This document shows positions 1-10,635 of a stretch of DNA of 64,000 nt, in pieces (the first letter of the stretch is position 1; every line of letters begins with the position of its first letter). Below the pieces are notes generated by a model. That model was not told the origin of the DNA, did not search any database, and worked only from the letters and a program-made list of their open reading frames with translations. The stretch comes from Sulfuriflexus sp. (GTDB lineage Bacteria; Pseudomonadota; Gammaproteobacteria; AKS1): positions 1,268 through 65,267 of the forward strand of contig NZ_JAVVES010000003.1 in assembly GCF_032250955.1 (NCBI RefSeq). Reading direction: 5' to 3'. A program made the position numbers and the translations under genes.

Positions 1-1426
1 CTGAAGTCAGGACAGCCTCGGCCAGCGGGTGCTCGGAACCCCGTTCCAGGCTGGCGGCCATCGTCAACAGGTCAGACTCTGTATGCTCACCCAGGACCTT
101 TATCGCCGTTACCTGTGGACTGCCCGCCGTGACCGTACCGGTCTTGTCGAGGACCACCGTGGTTAGCCGGCCGGCCTGTTGCAGGGCATCACCGTTGCGG
201 ATCAGGATGCCGAATTCGGCGGCCTTGCCAACGCCGACCATGATCGAGATCGGTGTCGCCAGACCCAGAGCGCAGGGACAGGCAATGATCAGCACCGTCA
301 TGGTGACGACCAGCATGTAACTGATCTTCGGATCCGGGCCGACGTTATACCAGGCCAGGGCTGTCACTACGGCGATGATTAACACCGTTGGCACAAAGAT
401 GGCCGAGATACGGTCGGCGAGGCGGCCGATTGCCGGTTTGGAATTCTGGGCGGTACGCACCATGTCAATGATCTGCGCGAGCATGGTCTCGCTACCGATC
501 TTCTTCGCCTGCATGAGGAAACTGCCGGTCTTGTTCAGGCTGCCACCGACCACCTCGTCGCCTACCTGTTTACTCACGGGAATGGGTTCGCCGGTAAGCA
601 TCGACTCATCGACACTGGAATGACCGTCGATGAGTACACCATCGACCGGGATCTTTTCCCCGGGCCGCACCCGCAGGGTTTCTTCCAGGCCGACTTCTTC
701 GATGGGAATGTCCGACTCTTTGCCGTCACGGATCACACGCGCAGTTTTTGGCTGCAACCCGATAAGGCGCTTGATCGCCTCCGAGGTCTTGCCGCGCGCA
801 CGCATCTCGAGTGCCGAACCAAAATTGATCAGGGCGATGATAATGGCTGCCGCTTCAAAGTAGACATGCTGTGCTGAAAGCGGCACGAGGGACGGCCAGA
901 GGCTGATCAACATCGAATACAACCAGGCGCTGCCTGTACCCAGTGCGATCAGGGTATCCATGTTGGCGTTATGATTCCGAAAGGACTTCCATGCCCCCTT
1001 GAAGAAATTTCTGCCCGAGTAATAGAGCACAAACAGGGTGATCAGGCCAACACCGATCCAGAAAGGCTGGTGTCCGGCAAGATCAGGCATTTTACCCAGC
1101 AACCCGGAGATAAACAGCGGCCCACCAACCACTGCCGCGACCAGGCTCTTGCGAATGAACTGCCGGAACTGCACATATTCCCCGGCCTCTTTGCTCTCGG
1201 CATCCTCGGCAGTCTTTAACTCGGCCGCCTCGTAACCGGCATCGGCCACGGCCTTAATCAAGGCGTCCACGGCAACATTACCCTGCACCTCAGCGGTATG
1301 CTCGGCAAAGTTCACACCCGCAGCGTCAACGCCGGCGACCTGTTGCAGTGCCTTTTCCACGCTCGCCACGCAACCGGCACAGCTCATGCCGCCTATAGAC
1401 AGACGTATAGTTTTCGGTTTAGTCAT
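1..1426 (-). CDS. copA: Copper-translocating P-type ATPase, N-terminal about 475 codons; the C-terminus lies beyond the left edge
   Basis: Reverse-strand ORF absent from the ORF track because it has no stop inside the window. My translation starts [27 protein letters not shown] (GMxCxxC metal-binding domain). It continues through the CPC membrane motif ([12 protein letters not shown]) and the phosphorylation motif [10 protein letters not shown]. Confidence 0.93.
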   Translation of the reverse strand, partial: MTKPKTIRLSIGGMSCAGCVASVEKALQQVAGVDAAGVNFAEHTAEVQGNVAVDALIKAVADAGYEAAELKTAEDAESKEAGEYVQFRQFIRKSLVAAVVGGPLFISGLLGKMPDLAGHQPFWIGVGLITLFVLYYSGRNFFKGAWKSFRNHNANMDTLIALGTGSAWLYSMLISLWPSLVPLSAQHVYFEAAAIIIALINFGSALEMRARGKTSEAIKRLIGLQPKTARVIRDGKESDIPIEEVGLEETLRVRPGEKIPVDGVLIDGHSSVDESMLTGEPIPVSKQVGDEVVGGSLNKTGSFLMQAKKIGSETMLAQIIDMVRTAQNSKPAIGRLADRISAIFVPTVLIIAVVTALAWYNVGPDPKISYMLVVTMTVLIIACPCALGLATPISIMVGVGKAAEFGILIRNGDALQQAGRLTTVVLDKTGTVTAGSPQVTAIKVLGEHTESDLLTMAASLERGSEHPLAEAVLTS

Positions 1427-1567
1427 AATGGTATGTAAATAACGTTTGCCCTGATAAGAGGCGACAGTGGAATGACGGCGTGATGATAATTGACCTGCCC
1501 TCTTCGGCAAGGCACAGGTCCGGGCAATACGCTGTCGCCGCCACGGCAAGCACAATAACGGCGATGG

Positions 1568-1771
1568 CTAGGCCGGCACAGCAGGATAACCGGCATCGGT
1601 GACCGCTTTCGCCAGCACCCCGGCATCGGCCTGGCCGGTGATCACGGCGCTGGCATTATCGAGGCTGACCTCAACCGACTCGACGCCGGCCTGTGCTCGC
1701 AGGACCTGCTCGACAGTCGCCACGCAACCACCGCATTTCATACCTGATATGCTGAGCCTTGTCTCGGCCAT
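1568..1771 (-). CDS. copZ: Heavy-metal-associated (HMA) domain copper chaperone, CopZ-like
   Basis: 67 aa with MKCGGCVATVEQVL (MxCxxC) and a ferredoxin-like HMA-type sequence. It sits immediately upstream of copA on the same strand. Confidence 0.85.
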   Translation of the reverse strand: MAETRLSISGMKCGGCVATVEQVLRAQAGVESVEVSLDNASAVITGQADAGVLAKAVTDAGYPAVPA

Positions 1772-1790
1772 GACATTTTCTCCCGGTTGA

Positions 1791-2177
1791 TTATTTCAAG
1801 GCGTCACGCACACGTTCTAGCTTTTCCTTTACCTGGCCGGCGAGTGCTTCAACTTCCGGGCGGTTAACCAGCTGCAGGACAGCGGCCGGGTCCATGAAGG
1901 CCACGGTAACAGAGCCATTCTCTTCTTCACGTACCAGCACGTTACAAGGCAGCAACAGACCGATATCCGGTTCGGCATCGATGGCCTGGTTGGCGAGTCC
2001 CGGGTTACAGGCACCCAGGATGGTATAGGGACGCTTGTCGATATCGAGTTTCTTTTTCAGGGTGGCCTTGACATCGATCTCGGTCAAGACGCCGAAACCT
2101 TCCTTTTGCAACTCTTCGGTGACGCGAGTGATTGCATCGTCAAACTTGTCCGTAACTGTGACTGAAAAACCGTACAT
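1791..2177 (-). CDS. DUF302 domain protein
   Basis: 128 aa. The sequence FDDAITRVTEELQKEGFGVLTEIDVKATLKKKLD...YTILGACNP is typical of DUF302 proteins, which are often found in metal-resistance clusters. Confidence 0.75.
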   Translation of the reverse strand: MYGFSVTVTDKFDDAITRVTEELQKEGFGVLTEIDVKATLKKKLDIDKRPYTILGACNPGLANQAIDAEPDIGLLLPCNVLVREEENGSVTVAFMDPAAVLQLVNRPEVEALAGQVKEKLERVRDALK

Positions 2178-2259
2178 ATCGTTCTCCTGAAAAATATTGA
2201 AAATAATGAGGCAGATGCCAGACCTGCAAGTGTACCGCCTCGGACGAGAGACTCAATGC

Positions 2260-2382
2260 CTAATCGTCCTTGCCGCCTTTTCCTGTCAACAAACTCACGA
2301 TGACAAGGATAATCAAGCCCCAGAACAGCAGGCCAAATCCCCAGTGCCCCAGACCAAAAGTAAACCAGATGCTGTCATGCAT
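2260..2382 (-). CDS. Candidate 40-aa single-pass membrane micro-protein
   Basis: Hand translation gives MHDSIWFTFGLGHWGFGLLFWGLIILVIVSLLTGKGGKDD*. A GAAGGAG Shine-Dalgarno lies about 8 nt upstream, directly after the cytochrome c stop. It is below the ORF-track length cutoff. Confidence 0.35.
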   Translation of the reverse strand: MHDSIWFTFGLGHWGFGLLFWGLIILVIVSLLTGKGGKDD

Positions 2383-2394
2383 AATATTTCTCCT

Positions 2395-2886
2395 TCATTG
2401 TTTACGTTTACGTGCCCGTTGATCGATGTCATACCATGCTGCATAGGCCTCGTCGGGCCATTGCGACTGAAACCAGGCAATCACGGCATTGATGTCCGCG
2501 TCGCTGAGCTTGTCCTTCCAGGCAGGCATACTGCCGCCGATAGCCTGCGTGCCGTGGCGAATCGTATAGCGCAGGGCTCTTAGCGGGTGATGCCAGGTAT
2601 GCCCGCCGCCTGTCAGCGGCGGCGGCGGAAAGCGGTCATCAGCATCACGCTGTCGCCAGTTCGGCGCGCCTTCACCCTTGACGCCATGACAGGCCGCGCA
2701 ATTCTGCTCGTAGACCTCGGCACCACGCCTTAACTGCGCGATGTCAAAATTACGTGCAGGCACCGCAGGCTCCTGTGTTGGCGGTGTCGCAGGCTGTTGT
2801 GCTGTCTCATTTTTAGCGTCGTTGGCGGGTTGACCGCAGGCCACCAACAGCACACTGGCCGCGATGACTATAACCATTTGTCTCAT
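2395..2886 (-). CDS. Mono-haem c-type cytochrome, probable lipoprotein
   Basis: 163 aa with the haem-binding motif CAACH, a lipobox-like LLVAC signal and a downstream Met (GGSMPAW) as candidate sixth ligand. Its start overlaps the cusA stop as ATGA. Confidence 0.8.
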   Translation of the reverse strand: MRQMVIVIAASVLLVACGQPANDAKNETAQQPATPPTQEPAVPARNFDIAQLRRGAEVYEQNCAACHGVKGEGAPNWRQRDADDRFPPPPLTGGGHTWHHPLRALRYTIRHGTQAIGGSMPAWKDKLSDADINAVIAWFQSQWPDEAYAAWYDIDQRARKRKQ

Positions 2887-5800
2887 ATCTTTGCCTCTTC
2901 AAGTCCACGCCGCTTCCAGACCAGGAAGACGGCCGGGATGACCACCAGGGTCAGCAAGGTGGCGGTAACCATACCCCCGACCATGGGTGCCGCAATGCGG
3001 CTCATGACCTCGGAGCCGGTCCCCCCACCGAGCATAATCGGCAGCAGGCCGGCAATGATCGCCGCCACGGTCATCATGATCGGGCGTACGCGTAACAGCG
3101 CCCCTTCGATAACCGCCTCGCGTAATTCAGCCAGGCTCATGACGCGACCGGCATCAATAGCCTGGTTCCGTTTCTGGTTGTAGGCGATATTGAGGTAGAC
3201 CAGCATGAGCACGCCGATCTCGACCGCCACCCCGGCGAGAGCAATAAAGCCCACGCCAACGGCTACCGAGAGATTGTACTCCAGCAGGTAGAGTAACCAG
3301 CCGCCGCCGACCAGCGCGACAGGCAGGGTCCCCATAATAATGAATACCTCGATGAAGTTCCTGAAGTTCAGATACAACAACAGCATGATAATGGCCAGCG
3401 TCAATGGCCCGACAATGGTCAGCTTGTTGATGGCCCGTTCCATGTATTCGTACTGACCCGACCAGCTGATCGAATAACCGGCCGGCAGCTTCACACCATT
3501 GGCTACGGCAAGTTTGGCCTCATTCACATAGGAGGCAATATCACTGCTATCGATCGAGACATAGATCCAGCCATTCAGGCGTGCATTTTCACTCTTGATC
3601 ATAGCCGGGCCACCTTCGATCTCGATACTCGCGACTTGTGATAGCGGCACATGCGCGCCCATCGGTGTTACCAGTGGCAGGTTACGGATCTTCTCCAGCG
3701 AGTCACGCACACCCTGCGGGTAACGGATATTCACCGGGTAACGCTCCAGGCCTTCCACTGACTGGGTGACGTTCAGGCCGCCGACCGCGGTACTGACGAC
3801 ATCCTGGATATCCATGATGTTCAGTCCCAGGCGGGCACTGGCAACGCGATCAATATCTATCGTGACATAACGGCCACCGGCAACGCGCTCGGCATACACT
3901 GAGGCGGTTCCCGGTACCTTATTCATAACCGCCTCGATGTCCTTGCCGATATCCTGGATCACATTCAGGTCAGGGCCGGCGACCTTGATACCGATCGGGG
4001 TCTTGATACCGGTTGCAAGCATATCGATACGCACCTTGATCGGCGGTAGCCACGAGTTGGCCATGCTCGGGTATTTCACAAGACTATCCAGCTCCCGAAC
4101 GATATCTTCGCGCGTCATTCCTTCACGCCATTGCTCTTCCGGTTTTAACTGAATGATGGTTTCGATCATGGTCAGTGGTGCCGGGTCGGTCGCGGTATCG
4201 GCACGCCCGACCTTGCCGAATACCGATTTCACTTCAGGCAGGGTACGGATCAATTTGTCAGTCTGCTGCAGGATTTCGCCGGCCTTACCAATCGATACGG
4301 CAGGAAAGGTTGACGGCATGTATAACAAATCGCCTTCATCCAGTGTCGGCATGAATTCGCCCCCCAGTTTCGTGACCGGCCAGATACCGATGACAGTTAT
4401 CAGCAGGCCTGCCAGCAGCACTGATTTGGGTCGCCGTAAGACAAAGTTAATCACCGGTTTGTAGGTGGCCACCAGCACACGGTTCACCGGGTTCTTGTGC
4501 TCCGGCGTGATGTGCCCACGAATTAACAAACCCATGAGCACCGGCACCAGCGTGATCGACAATGCCGCCGCCGCCGCCATCGCATAGGTCTTGGTATAGG
4601 CCAGCGGCGCGAACATCCGCCCCTCCTGCGCCTCGAGGGTAAACACCGGCAGGAAGCTCAGGGTAATAATCAAGAGCGAGAAGAATAACGGTGGGCCGAC
4701 TTCCGAGGCGGCATCACCCATGATCCGCCAACGGTTCTTGTCGGTCAGTTCTTCTTTCTCGAGGTGCTTGTGCACATTCTCGACCATGACAATCGCCGCA
4801 TCGACCATCGCCCCGATCGCAATGGCAATGCCGCCAAGCGACATGATGTTGGCGTTAATGCCCTGTGACTCCATGACGATGAAGGCCGCCAGAATGCCGA
4901 CCGGCAAACTGATAATAATCACCAGTGCGGAGCGGAAGTGAAACAGAAACAGGGCACACACGAGGGCCACAACGATAAACTCTTCAATGAGTTTGTAATT
5001 GAGATTACTGACTGCCCGTTCAATCAGGGAGGAACGGTCATAGGTCGTGACAATCTCGACACCCGCCGGTAAGCCGCTCTGCAACTGCCTGAGCTTATCC
5101 TTCACACCCTGGATCGTGGTCAGGGCGTTTTCACCAAAGCGCATAATGATGATGCCGCCAACGACTTCACCCTCGCCGTTGAGTTCAGCAATCCCCCGCC
5201 GCATCTGTGGACCAATGCGAATATCGGCAACATCCTTGAGCAGGATTGGCGTGCCCTGCTCGTTCATGCCCAGCGGTACACTTTCCAGATCCTCGACACC
5301 CGTGATGTAGCCGGTGGCGCGTACCATGTACTCGGCCTCGGCCATCTCGATCACTGCGCCCCCGACCTCCTGATTGGCACGCTGGATCGCATTTTTCACC
5401 CTGGCCAGCGGAATGTTATAGGCGCGTAACCGGTTCGGGTCGAGCACAACCTGGTACTGGCGCACCATGCCGCCGATCGTGGCGACCTCGGATACTCCCG
5501 GCACGGTCTGCAACTCGTATTTCAGGAACCAGTCCTGCAGACTGCGCAACTGGGCAAGGTCATTCTTGCCGGTGCGATCGACCAGCGCATATTCATAGAT
5601 CCAGCCCACACCGGTAGCATCCGGCCCCAGTGCCGGGCGTGCCTGCCGGGGCAGGCGCGATTCGACCTGGCTCAGGTATTCGAGCACCCGCGAGCGCGCC
5701 CAATATGGGTCAGTGCCATCCTTGAATATGATGTAGACATACGAATCACCGAAGAAGGAATAGCCGCGCACCGTGACCGCGCCCGGCACCGACAACATGG

Positions 5801-6014
5801 CCGTGGTCAGGGGATACGTCACCTGGTCCTCGACCACCTGCGGAGCCTGCCCCGGATAAGTCGTCTTGATGATGACCTGTACGTCGGACAGATCCGGGAT
5901 CGCGTCAAGCGGGGTCTTCTTGACCGCATACACACCCCAGCCAATCAACATGGCGGTCAACAACAGGACCAGGAAGCGGTTGGCAATAGACCATCTGATT
6001 ATTTTTCCGATCAT
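2883..6014 (-). CDS. cusA: RND heavy-metal efflux pump, inner-membrane component (CusA/CzcA family)
   Basis: 1043 aa with 12-TM RND architecture. The N-terminus [15 protein letters not shown] and overall sequence match the CusA family. It follows cusB and cusC. Confidence 0.93.
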   Translation of the reverse strand: MIGKIIRWSIANRFLVLLLTAMLIGWGVYAVKKTPLDAIPDLSDVQVIIKTTYPGQAPQVVEDQVTYPLTTAMLSVPGAVTVRGYSFFGDSYVYIIFKDGTDPYWARSRVLEYLSQVESRLPRQARPALGPDATGVGWIYEYALVDRTGKNDLAQLRSLQDWFLKYELQTVPGVSEVATIGGMVRQYQVVLDPNRLRAYNIPLARVKNAIQRANQEVGGAVIEMAEAEYMVRATGYITGVEDLESVPLGMNEQGTPILLKDVADIRIGPQMRRGIAELNGEGEVVGGIIIMRFGENALTTIQGVKDKLRQLQSGLPAGVEIVTTYDRSSLIERAVSNLNYKLIEEFIVVALVCALFLFHFRSALVIIISLPVGILAAFIVMESQGINANIMSLGGIAIAIGAMVDAAIVMVENVHKHLEKEELTDKNRWRIMGDAASEVGPPLFFSLLIITLSFLPVFTLEAQEGRMFAPLAYTKTYAMAAAAALSITLVPVLMGLLIRGHITPEHKNPVNRVLVATYKPVINFVLRRPKSVLLAGLLITVIGIWPVTKLGGEFMPTLDEGDLLYMPSTFPAVSIGKAGEILQQTDKLIRTLPEVKSVFGKVGRADTATDPAPLTMIETIIQLKPEEQWREGMTREDIVRELDSLVKYPSMANSWLPPIKVRIDMLATGIKTPIGIKVAGPDLNVIQDIGKDIEAVMNKVPGTASVYAERVAGGRYVTIDIDRVASARLGLNIMDIQDVVSTAVGGLNVTQSVEGLERYPVNIRYPQGVRDSLEKIRNLPLVTPMGAHVPLSQVASIEIEGGPAMIKSENARLNGWIYVSIDSSDIASYVNEAKLAVANGVKLPAGYSISWSGQYEYMERAINKLTIVGPLTLAIIMLLLYLNFRNFIEVFIIMGTLPVALVGGGWLLYLLEYNLSVAVGVGFIALAGVAVEIGVLMLVYLNIAYNQKRNQAIDAGRVMSLAELREAVIEGALLRVRPIMMTVAAIIAGLLPIMLGGGTGSEVMSRIAAPMVGGMVTATLLTLVVIPAVFLVWKRRGLEEAKI

Positions 6015-6025
6015 AGCCGCGCCCC

Positions 6026-7642
6026 TTATTCCGCAACCGGGCGGATGGCTTCGATAATATAGGTATCGTCTTTCTCAACCATATCGAATTCAATCACCTG
6101 CCCCGGCTGCAAGCCCTCCAGGCTCACCGCCTCATCAACGCGAAAGTCCATGGTCATGTCCGGCCAGCCCAGCGCGGGAATCGGTTCATGCGACACATTG
6201 ATCTTTTTCTCATCCGGCATAAGTTCACGCAACACGCCCTTGCCGGTGATGGTTTTTGAATCCGGCATGTTCTCTTGCATATCCATATCGGTCTGCGTTT
6301 CCGGCTCACTCATGCGGTTCAGGCCGGCCTTGATGCTAGCCTCGGAGTCGAGCAGGAACTGCGCCGAAGTCACCACTTCTTCATGACCCTTGAGCCCTTT
6401 CCGAATTTCAACACGCCCACCGGATTCTATACCGCTGACCACATCGCGGGGGACAAAACGGCCTTCACCAAGACTGATGATGACGCGTTCGCCTTCACCG
6501 GTACGGATCAGGGCCTCGCGCGGGATGCTCACCACATCCTGTTCCGCGCCACCGAAAACTGTGACATTGACGAACATGTTCGGTTTCAGGGATTCATCGG
6601 GGTTTTCAAAACGCAGACGTGCCCGTAAGGTGCGCGTCTTCGGGTCAAGACTCGGGTAGACGTATTCCACCGTGCCTTCCCAGGTGCGTCCAGGCAGGTA
6701 AGAGACGGTGATCTCGGCGGGTTTACCCGCTTTCACCCAGTTGGCCTGACGCTCGAAGACCTCGACCTGAATCCAGATAGTGGACAGGTCAGCGAGGGCC
6801 ATTATTTCCATCTGCGGTTTGACGAACATGCCTTCGCGCGCATTGAGTTTGGCGACAATGCCATCCTGGCTGGCGCGTATCTTAATCAGCTGTTCGGCCT
6901 TCCGGGTCTTTTTGATCATGTCGATCTGTTGCTCGTCAACACCGAGTGCACGCAGGCGGTCATGTGACGCGGCCAGCAAGCGCTGGTTATTACTCCGCAG
7001 GGCCTGCAGGTATTCATCCTGGGCATTGACCAGTGTCGGCGAGTACAGTTCGAACAACAGGTCGCCTTTTTTGACACGCGCACCTTGCGACTTCACAACA
7101 AGCGTGTTGATCCAGCCTTCGGTCCGCAGGTGCACATGGCTGATCCTGTTCTCATCAAAGTCAACATAACCGACCGTATCAACGCGCTTCCAGAGTTTTC
7201 CACGCTCGGCTTTTGCTGTTCTTACGCCCAGATTTTGAACAATCGCCGGTGAGATGGTAATGGCGTTATCATCGCCGCCTTCCTCACCGTAGAACGGGAT
7301 CAAGTCCATACCCATCGGTGACTTGCCCGGACCCTCCTGACGAAAGTTAGGGTCCATTGGTGCGACCCAATAAAGAATCTTTTTCTCTTTTGGTTTCTCG
7401 GCTTCTTTTTCGACCAGTGTCATACCGCAGATCGGGCAGTTGCCCGGTTCATCCTGCACAATGTTCGAGTGCATCGGGCAGACATACTTCGGGTCGAAGT
7501 GTTTCTCCGCATGTTCGATGGCCGTTTCCTCCTGCATGCCGTCAGCAGCCGGTGCCTGGTCGCTGCTATCACAGGCCACCAGTGAAACAGACAGCGCTAT
7601 GGCACTGATCAGTAATGTGTATCGCTTTATCATTGTGTGCAT
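6026..7642 (-). CDS. cusB: RND membrane-fusion protein CusB with N-terminal CPMH...CPICGM metal-binding domain and C-terminal CusF-like domain
   Basis: 538 aa with a lipoprotein signal (LVAC). It has [20 protein letters not shown] near the N-terminus and an HlyD/CusB-type core. The C-terminal [22 protein letters not shown] resembles CusF. Confidence 0.88.
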   Translation of the reverse strand: MHTMIKRYTLLISAIALSVSLVACDSSDQAPAADGMQEETAIEHAEKHFDPKYVCPMHSNIVQDEPGNCPICGMTLVEKEAEKPKEKKILYWVAPMDPNFRQEGPGKSPMGMDLIPFYGEEGGDDNAITISPAIVQNLGVRTAKAERGKLWKRVDTVGYVDFDENRISHVHLRTEGWINTLVVKSQGARVKKGDLLFELYSPTLVNAQDEYLQALRSNNQRLLAASHDRLRALGVDEQQIDMIKKTRKAEQLIKIRASQDGIVAKLNAREGMFVKPQMEIMALADLSTIWIQVEVFERQANWVKAGKPAEITVSYLPGRTWEGTVEYVYPSLDPKTRTLRARLRFENPDESLKPNMFVNVTVFGGAEQDVVSIPREALIRTGEGERVIISLGEGRFVPRDVVSGIESGGRVEIRKGLKGHEEVVTSAQFLLDSEASIKAGLNRMSEPETQTDMDMQENMPDSKTITGKGVLRELMPDEKKINVSHEPIPALGWPDMTMDFRVDEAVSLEGLQPGQVIEFDMVEKDDTYIIEAIRPVAE

Positions 7643-8922
7643 TATTCTTCTCCAGCCAGGTAAAGCAGGCGCGCCTGCGCCTTGGCGGCATCAACATGGA
7701 TGCGCATTGCCTTGAGGTGAGTCTCCAGTTCAGTGATCTTTGCCCGCATCAGGGTCGGGAAATCAGTTGCATCATTCTGGTAAGCCAGTAAAGAGGCTTC
7801 GCTGTTTGCTGTGGCCTGGCCGATCAGCGTCTGCCGATAACGTTGCAGTCGCTGGGACAGGCGCTGCCAGGTCACGTATTCCTTTTCAAGCTGGCTCTGC
7901 ATGGCGCGCAACCTGTCATCGTATTGCAACCTGGCCGCACCCTCACGGTGCTGCGCGGCGGCCAGGCGACGATCCTGGCGTTTGTTCGTAAAGATAGGCA
8001 GATCGAATGTCACCGTTGCCGCGAGCAAGTCTGCCCGCTCCGAACCATCCATGTTATTCCCGTTCCTCGCTCCGTAATCGATACCGACAGTCCAGGCAGG
8101 TTTGTAGGCCTCACGGGCGAGAGAAACATTTTTCCGGTTCGTATCGATATGGGCCTGTTGTATGCGCAGGGCCGGGTGTTGGGGCAGGCTTGCCTGAAGC
8201 CGGGCCAGGCTCGGCGGTTCAGGCAGCCGCGGGATGTCATCCGGTAGTTCGCGTTGTGCATCGGCACCGAGCCATTTTGCCAGGGCGGCACGGGCAGTCT
8301 CCTGCTTTTGCCGGATATCGGTAAGGCGATCCTCAAGCAGGCCAAGTTCCAGATCGGCACGCAGCACATCCTGCTGGTTGCGCCGGCCGGCGGCATACTG
8401 CGACTCGGTAATATCAAGCATCTCGCTGAACAGGCGCTTGTTGGCCGCGACAATGCGTTCGGCACGCCGCCAGTAAAACGTCTCGTACCAGTTTGCCCGT
8501 ACATCGCGTCTCAGTTTGCGCGTTTCATCCGCTACCCTGGCGCGTTCGCCACCTGCCTGAACGCGGGTCCGCTGGTTGCGCAGTTCCAGCGTGTCGCCGC
8601 GCGGAATCGCCTGCTGCACACCGAAGCGTAATTGCGCCATGGGTTCCTGCTTCCGGTCGAATGTATCGGTAGGGAAATTGAACAGGCTGACTTTCGCCTT
8701 CGGGTCGGGCAACTGGCCATCGGCAATCGCCGCCTCATCCAGCGCCTGCGCCGTAGCATCGATATTACCGAGCATCGGGTCGCCCTGTATGGCAAGCTGC
8801 TCGGCCTCTTCCAAAGACAGGACATCGGCATGGGCGGGCAGGCTATTCGCCATCAAGCCAATGGCAATGAGCAGGCTGATGAGCTGGTACAGCCGCAAAC
8901 AGCGGGTACGATTGGTAAACAT
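7642..8922 (-). CDS. cusC: Outer-membrane efflux factor (TolC/CusC family)
   Basis: About 426 aa. The start was moved to MFTNRT (GGAG 8 nt upstream); the ORF-track start at 8946 is possible. The signal peptide ends in AHA and TolC-like repeats follow. Its stop overlaps the cusB start (TAATG). Confidence 0.85.
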   Translation of the reverse strand: MFTNRTRCLRLYQLISLLIAIGLMANSLPAHADVLSLEEAEQLAIQGDPMLGNIDATAQALDEAAIADGQLPDPKAKVSLFNFPTDTFDRKQEPMAQLRFGVQQAIPRGDTLELRNQRTRVQAGGERARVADETRKLRRDVRANWYETFYWRRAERIVAANKRLFSEMLDITESQYAAGRRNQQDVLRADLELGLLEDRLTDIRQKQETARAALAKWLGADAQRELPDDIPRLPEPPSLARLQASLPQHPALRIQQAHIDTNRKNVSLAREAYKPAWTVGIDYGARNGNNMDGSERADLLAATVTFDLPIFTNKRQDRRLAAAQHREGAARLQYDDRLRAMQSQLEKEYVTWQRLSQRLQRYRQTLIGQATANSEASLLAYQNDATDFPTLMRAKITELETHLKAMRIHVDAAKAQARLLYLAGEE

Positions 8923-9008
8923 AATCTTGACTCCACAACAAAACACGAATCATGCCGCGAACGGCATTCGCTTTGTTACACGTATGACAACGTGTAATCG
9001 TTATGAAG

Positions 9009-9365
9009 TCAGGCTTTGGGAGGACGGAACTCGGTGTGCTGGACGATACCGTGAATCGACGTCGTCAGCGCATCGACTGAAGACTCAGGGCTTGTCGGGA
9101 CAAACTGGAAGATACTGTTGATGCCGGGGCTGATATGGGCACTGGCACAACTGACCTTGCATTGCTCGGGACATTCGCAGTTATCCTGCCCCATGCTGTG
9201 ATCCATGCTTGCCGCATCATGCTGCATATCATGGCCGGCATGCATATCCATCATCTCGCACTTCATCCCGGCATCGTCGAGCACTGCGATCTCGGCCGCG
9301 ACAAACTGTAACGGGGCCACCAGCAGGGATAACATCAACCAGCAATGTGCGAAAAATCTCAGCAT
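9009..9365 (-). CDS. Secreted Met/His/Cys-rich small protein, putative periplasmic metal binder
   Basis: 118 aa with a signal-like N-terminus. It contains MKCEMMDMHAGHDMQHDAASMDHSMGQDNCECPEQCKVSC. It is the first ORF of the cus gene string. I recognise no family. Confidence 0.5.
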   Translation of the reverse strand: MLRFFAHCWLMLSLLVAPLQFVAAEIAVLDDAGMKCEMMDMHAGHDMQHDAASMDHSMGQDNCECPEQCKVSCASAHISPGINSIFQFVPTSPESSVDALTTSIHGIVQHTEFRPPKA

Positions 9366-9463
9366 AATAATCTTAATATACCATCCAAAAAGGGACTGTA
9401 CAGTCTAACGAGCAACTTTTCTGACTCCGGCTCCTGCCACAAGTTCCGTTCAGGCCTGTCCGG

Positions 9464-10558
9464 CTATAGCTCCAGCTCATCGAGGCCCGTCTCCATGTCA
9501 CCATGATTGAGGCGGATGCGCGTTTTGACATTGCCCGGTGAGTTGGCGTTTCTCAGAGCCTCAGCGGTGCTCACCTTGCCCTCAGCATACAGGTCATAGA
9601 CGGCCTGATCGAAGCTTTTCATGTTCTTGTCGCCACTTTCATCCATGGCCTTCTTGATCTTTTCCATTTCGCCATGCTGTATCAGGTCAGAAATATGCGG
9701 CGTGTTCAGCATAACCTCTACCGCCGGCAGGCGTTTGCCATCCTTCCCCGTAAGCAGCCGCTGCGAGACGATTGCCCGCAGGTTCAGTGACAGATCCTCA
9801 TAGAGCTGCCGGTGCGCGCTGTCCGGGAAGAAATTCAGGATACGTTCCAGGGTCAGGTAGGCATTGGTCGCGTGCAGGGTGGCGATGCACAGGTGGCCGG
9901 TTTGCGCATAGGCCATTGCTTGCTGCATGGTCTCCATATCGCGGATTTCACCGATCATAATCACGTCCGGGGCTTCGCGCATGGCGTTTCTCAGTGCATG
10001 TGCATAGCTGCGGGTATCGGTACCCACTTCACGCTGATCAATCACTGACTGCTGATGTTCATGCATGAACTCAATCGGATCCTCAATGGTCAGAATGTGT
10101 CCGGTCCGGGTCTTGTTCCGGCGGTCAATCATCGAGGCCAGCGTGGTTGACTTGCCGGAACCGCTCGAGCCCACCACCAGGATCAAACCTCGCGGCTCCA
10201 TGATGAGTTCATTAAGAATGTCCGGCAGGTTGAGTTCAGCGATTGTCGGGATAGCCGTCTTGATACGGCGGATCACCATGCTGACTTCGCCGCGCTGCCT
10301 GAAAACATTGACGCGAAAACGGCCAACCCCGCTTGCTGAAAAGGCCAGGTTCATTTCAAACTCAGCCTCGAATTCCTGAATTTGATCCGTGGACATAATG
10401 CTGTAGGCCAGGGTCTTGACGTCGCCGGGCTGCAGGCGGCTTTCGGTAAGCGGATTTAGCAGGCCTTCGACTTTTGCATTCACCTGGGCGCCGACGCTGA
10501 AGAACAGGTCTGATGCTTCCATATCCACCATGACTTTAAGGAAGGATTCGAGGTTCAT
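9464..10558 (-). CDS. pilU: Type IV pilus retraction ATPase, PilU-like
   Basis: 364 aa with Walker A GSSGSGKST. It aligns throughout with my recollection of P. aeruginosa PilU (RFRVN.F.QRG, HLC.ATLHA.NA, FFP). Confidence 0.85.
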   Translation of the reverse strand: MNLESFLKVMVDMEASDLFFSVGAQVNAKVEGLLNPLTESRLQPGDVKTLAYSIMSTDQIQEFEAEFEMNLAFSASGVGRFRVNVFRQRGEVSMVIRRIKTAIPTIAELNLPDILNELIMEPRGLILVVGSSGSGKSTTLASMIDRRNKTRTGHILTIEDPIEFMHEHQQSVIDQREVGTDTRSYAHALRNAMREAPDVIMIGEIRDMETMQQAMAYAQTGHLCIATLHATNAYLTLERILNFFPDSAHRQLYEDLSLNLRAIVSQRLLTGKDGKRLPAVEVMLNTPHISDLIQHGEMEKIKKAMDESGDKNMKSFDQAVYDLYAEGKVSTAEALRNANSPGNVKTRIRLNHGDMETGLDELEL

Positions 10559-10635
10559 AATTATTACCTTTGCTGGCCGGGAAGGCCCTTACACATTGAC
10601 GATACGCTATCCGTTCGTATTCATAAACGTCTATA

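Noticed and set aside
1427-1567. CueR/MerR-type operator in front of copA
   Set aside because: Only an imperfect dyad is present (CCTGCCctcttcGGCAAGG). The best -35/-10 pair (TTGCCG-17-TATCAT) has a normal 17-nt spacer, not the 19-20 nt typical of MerR-family promoters.
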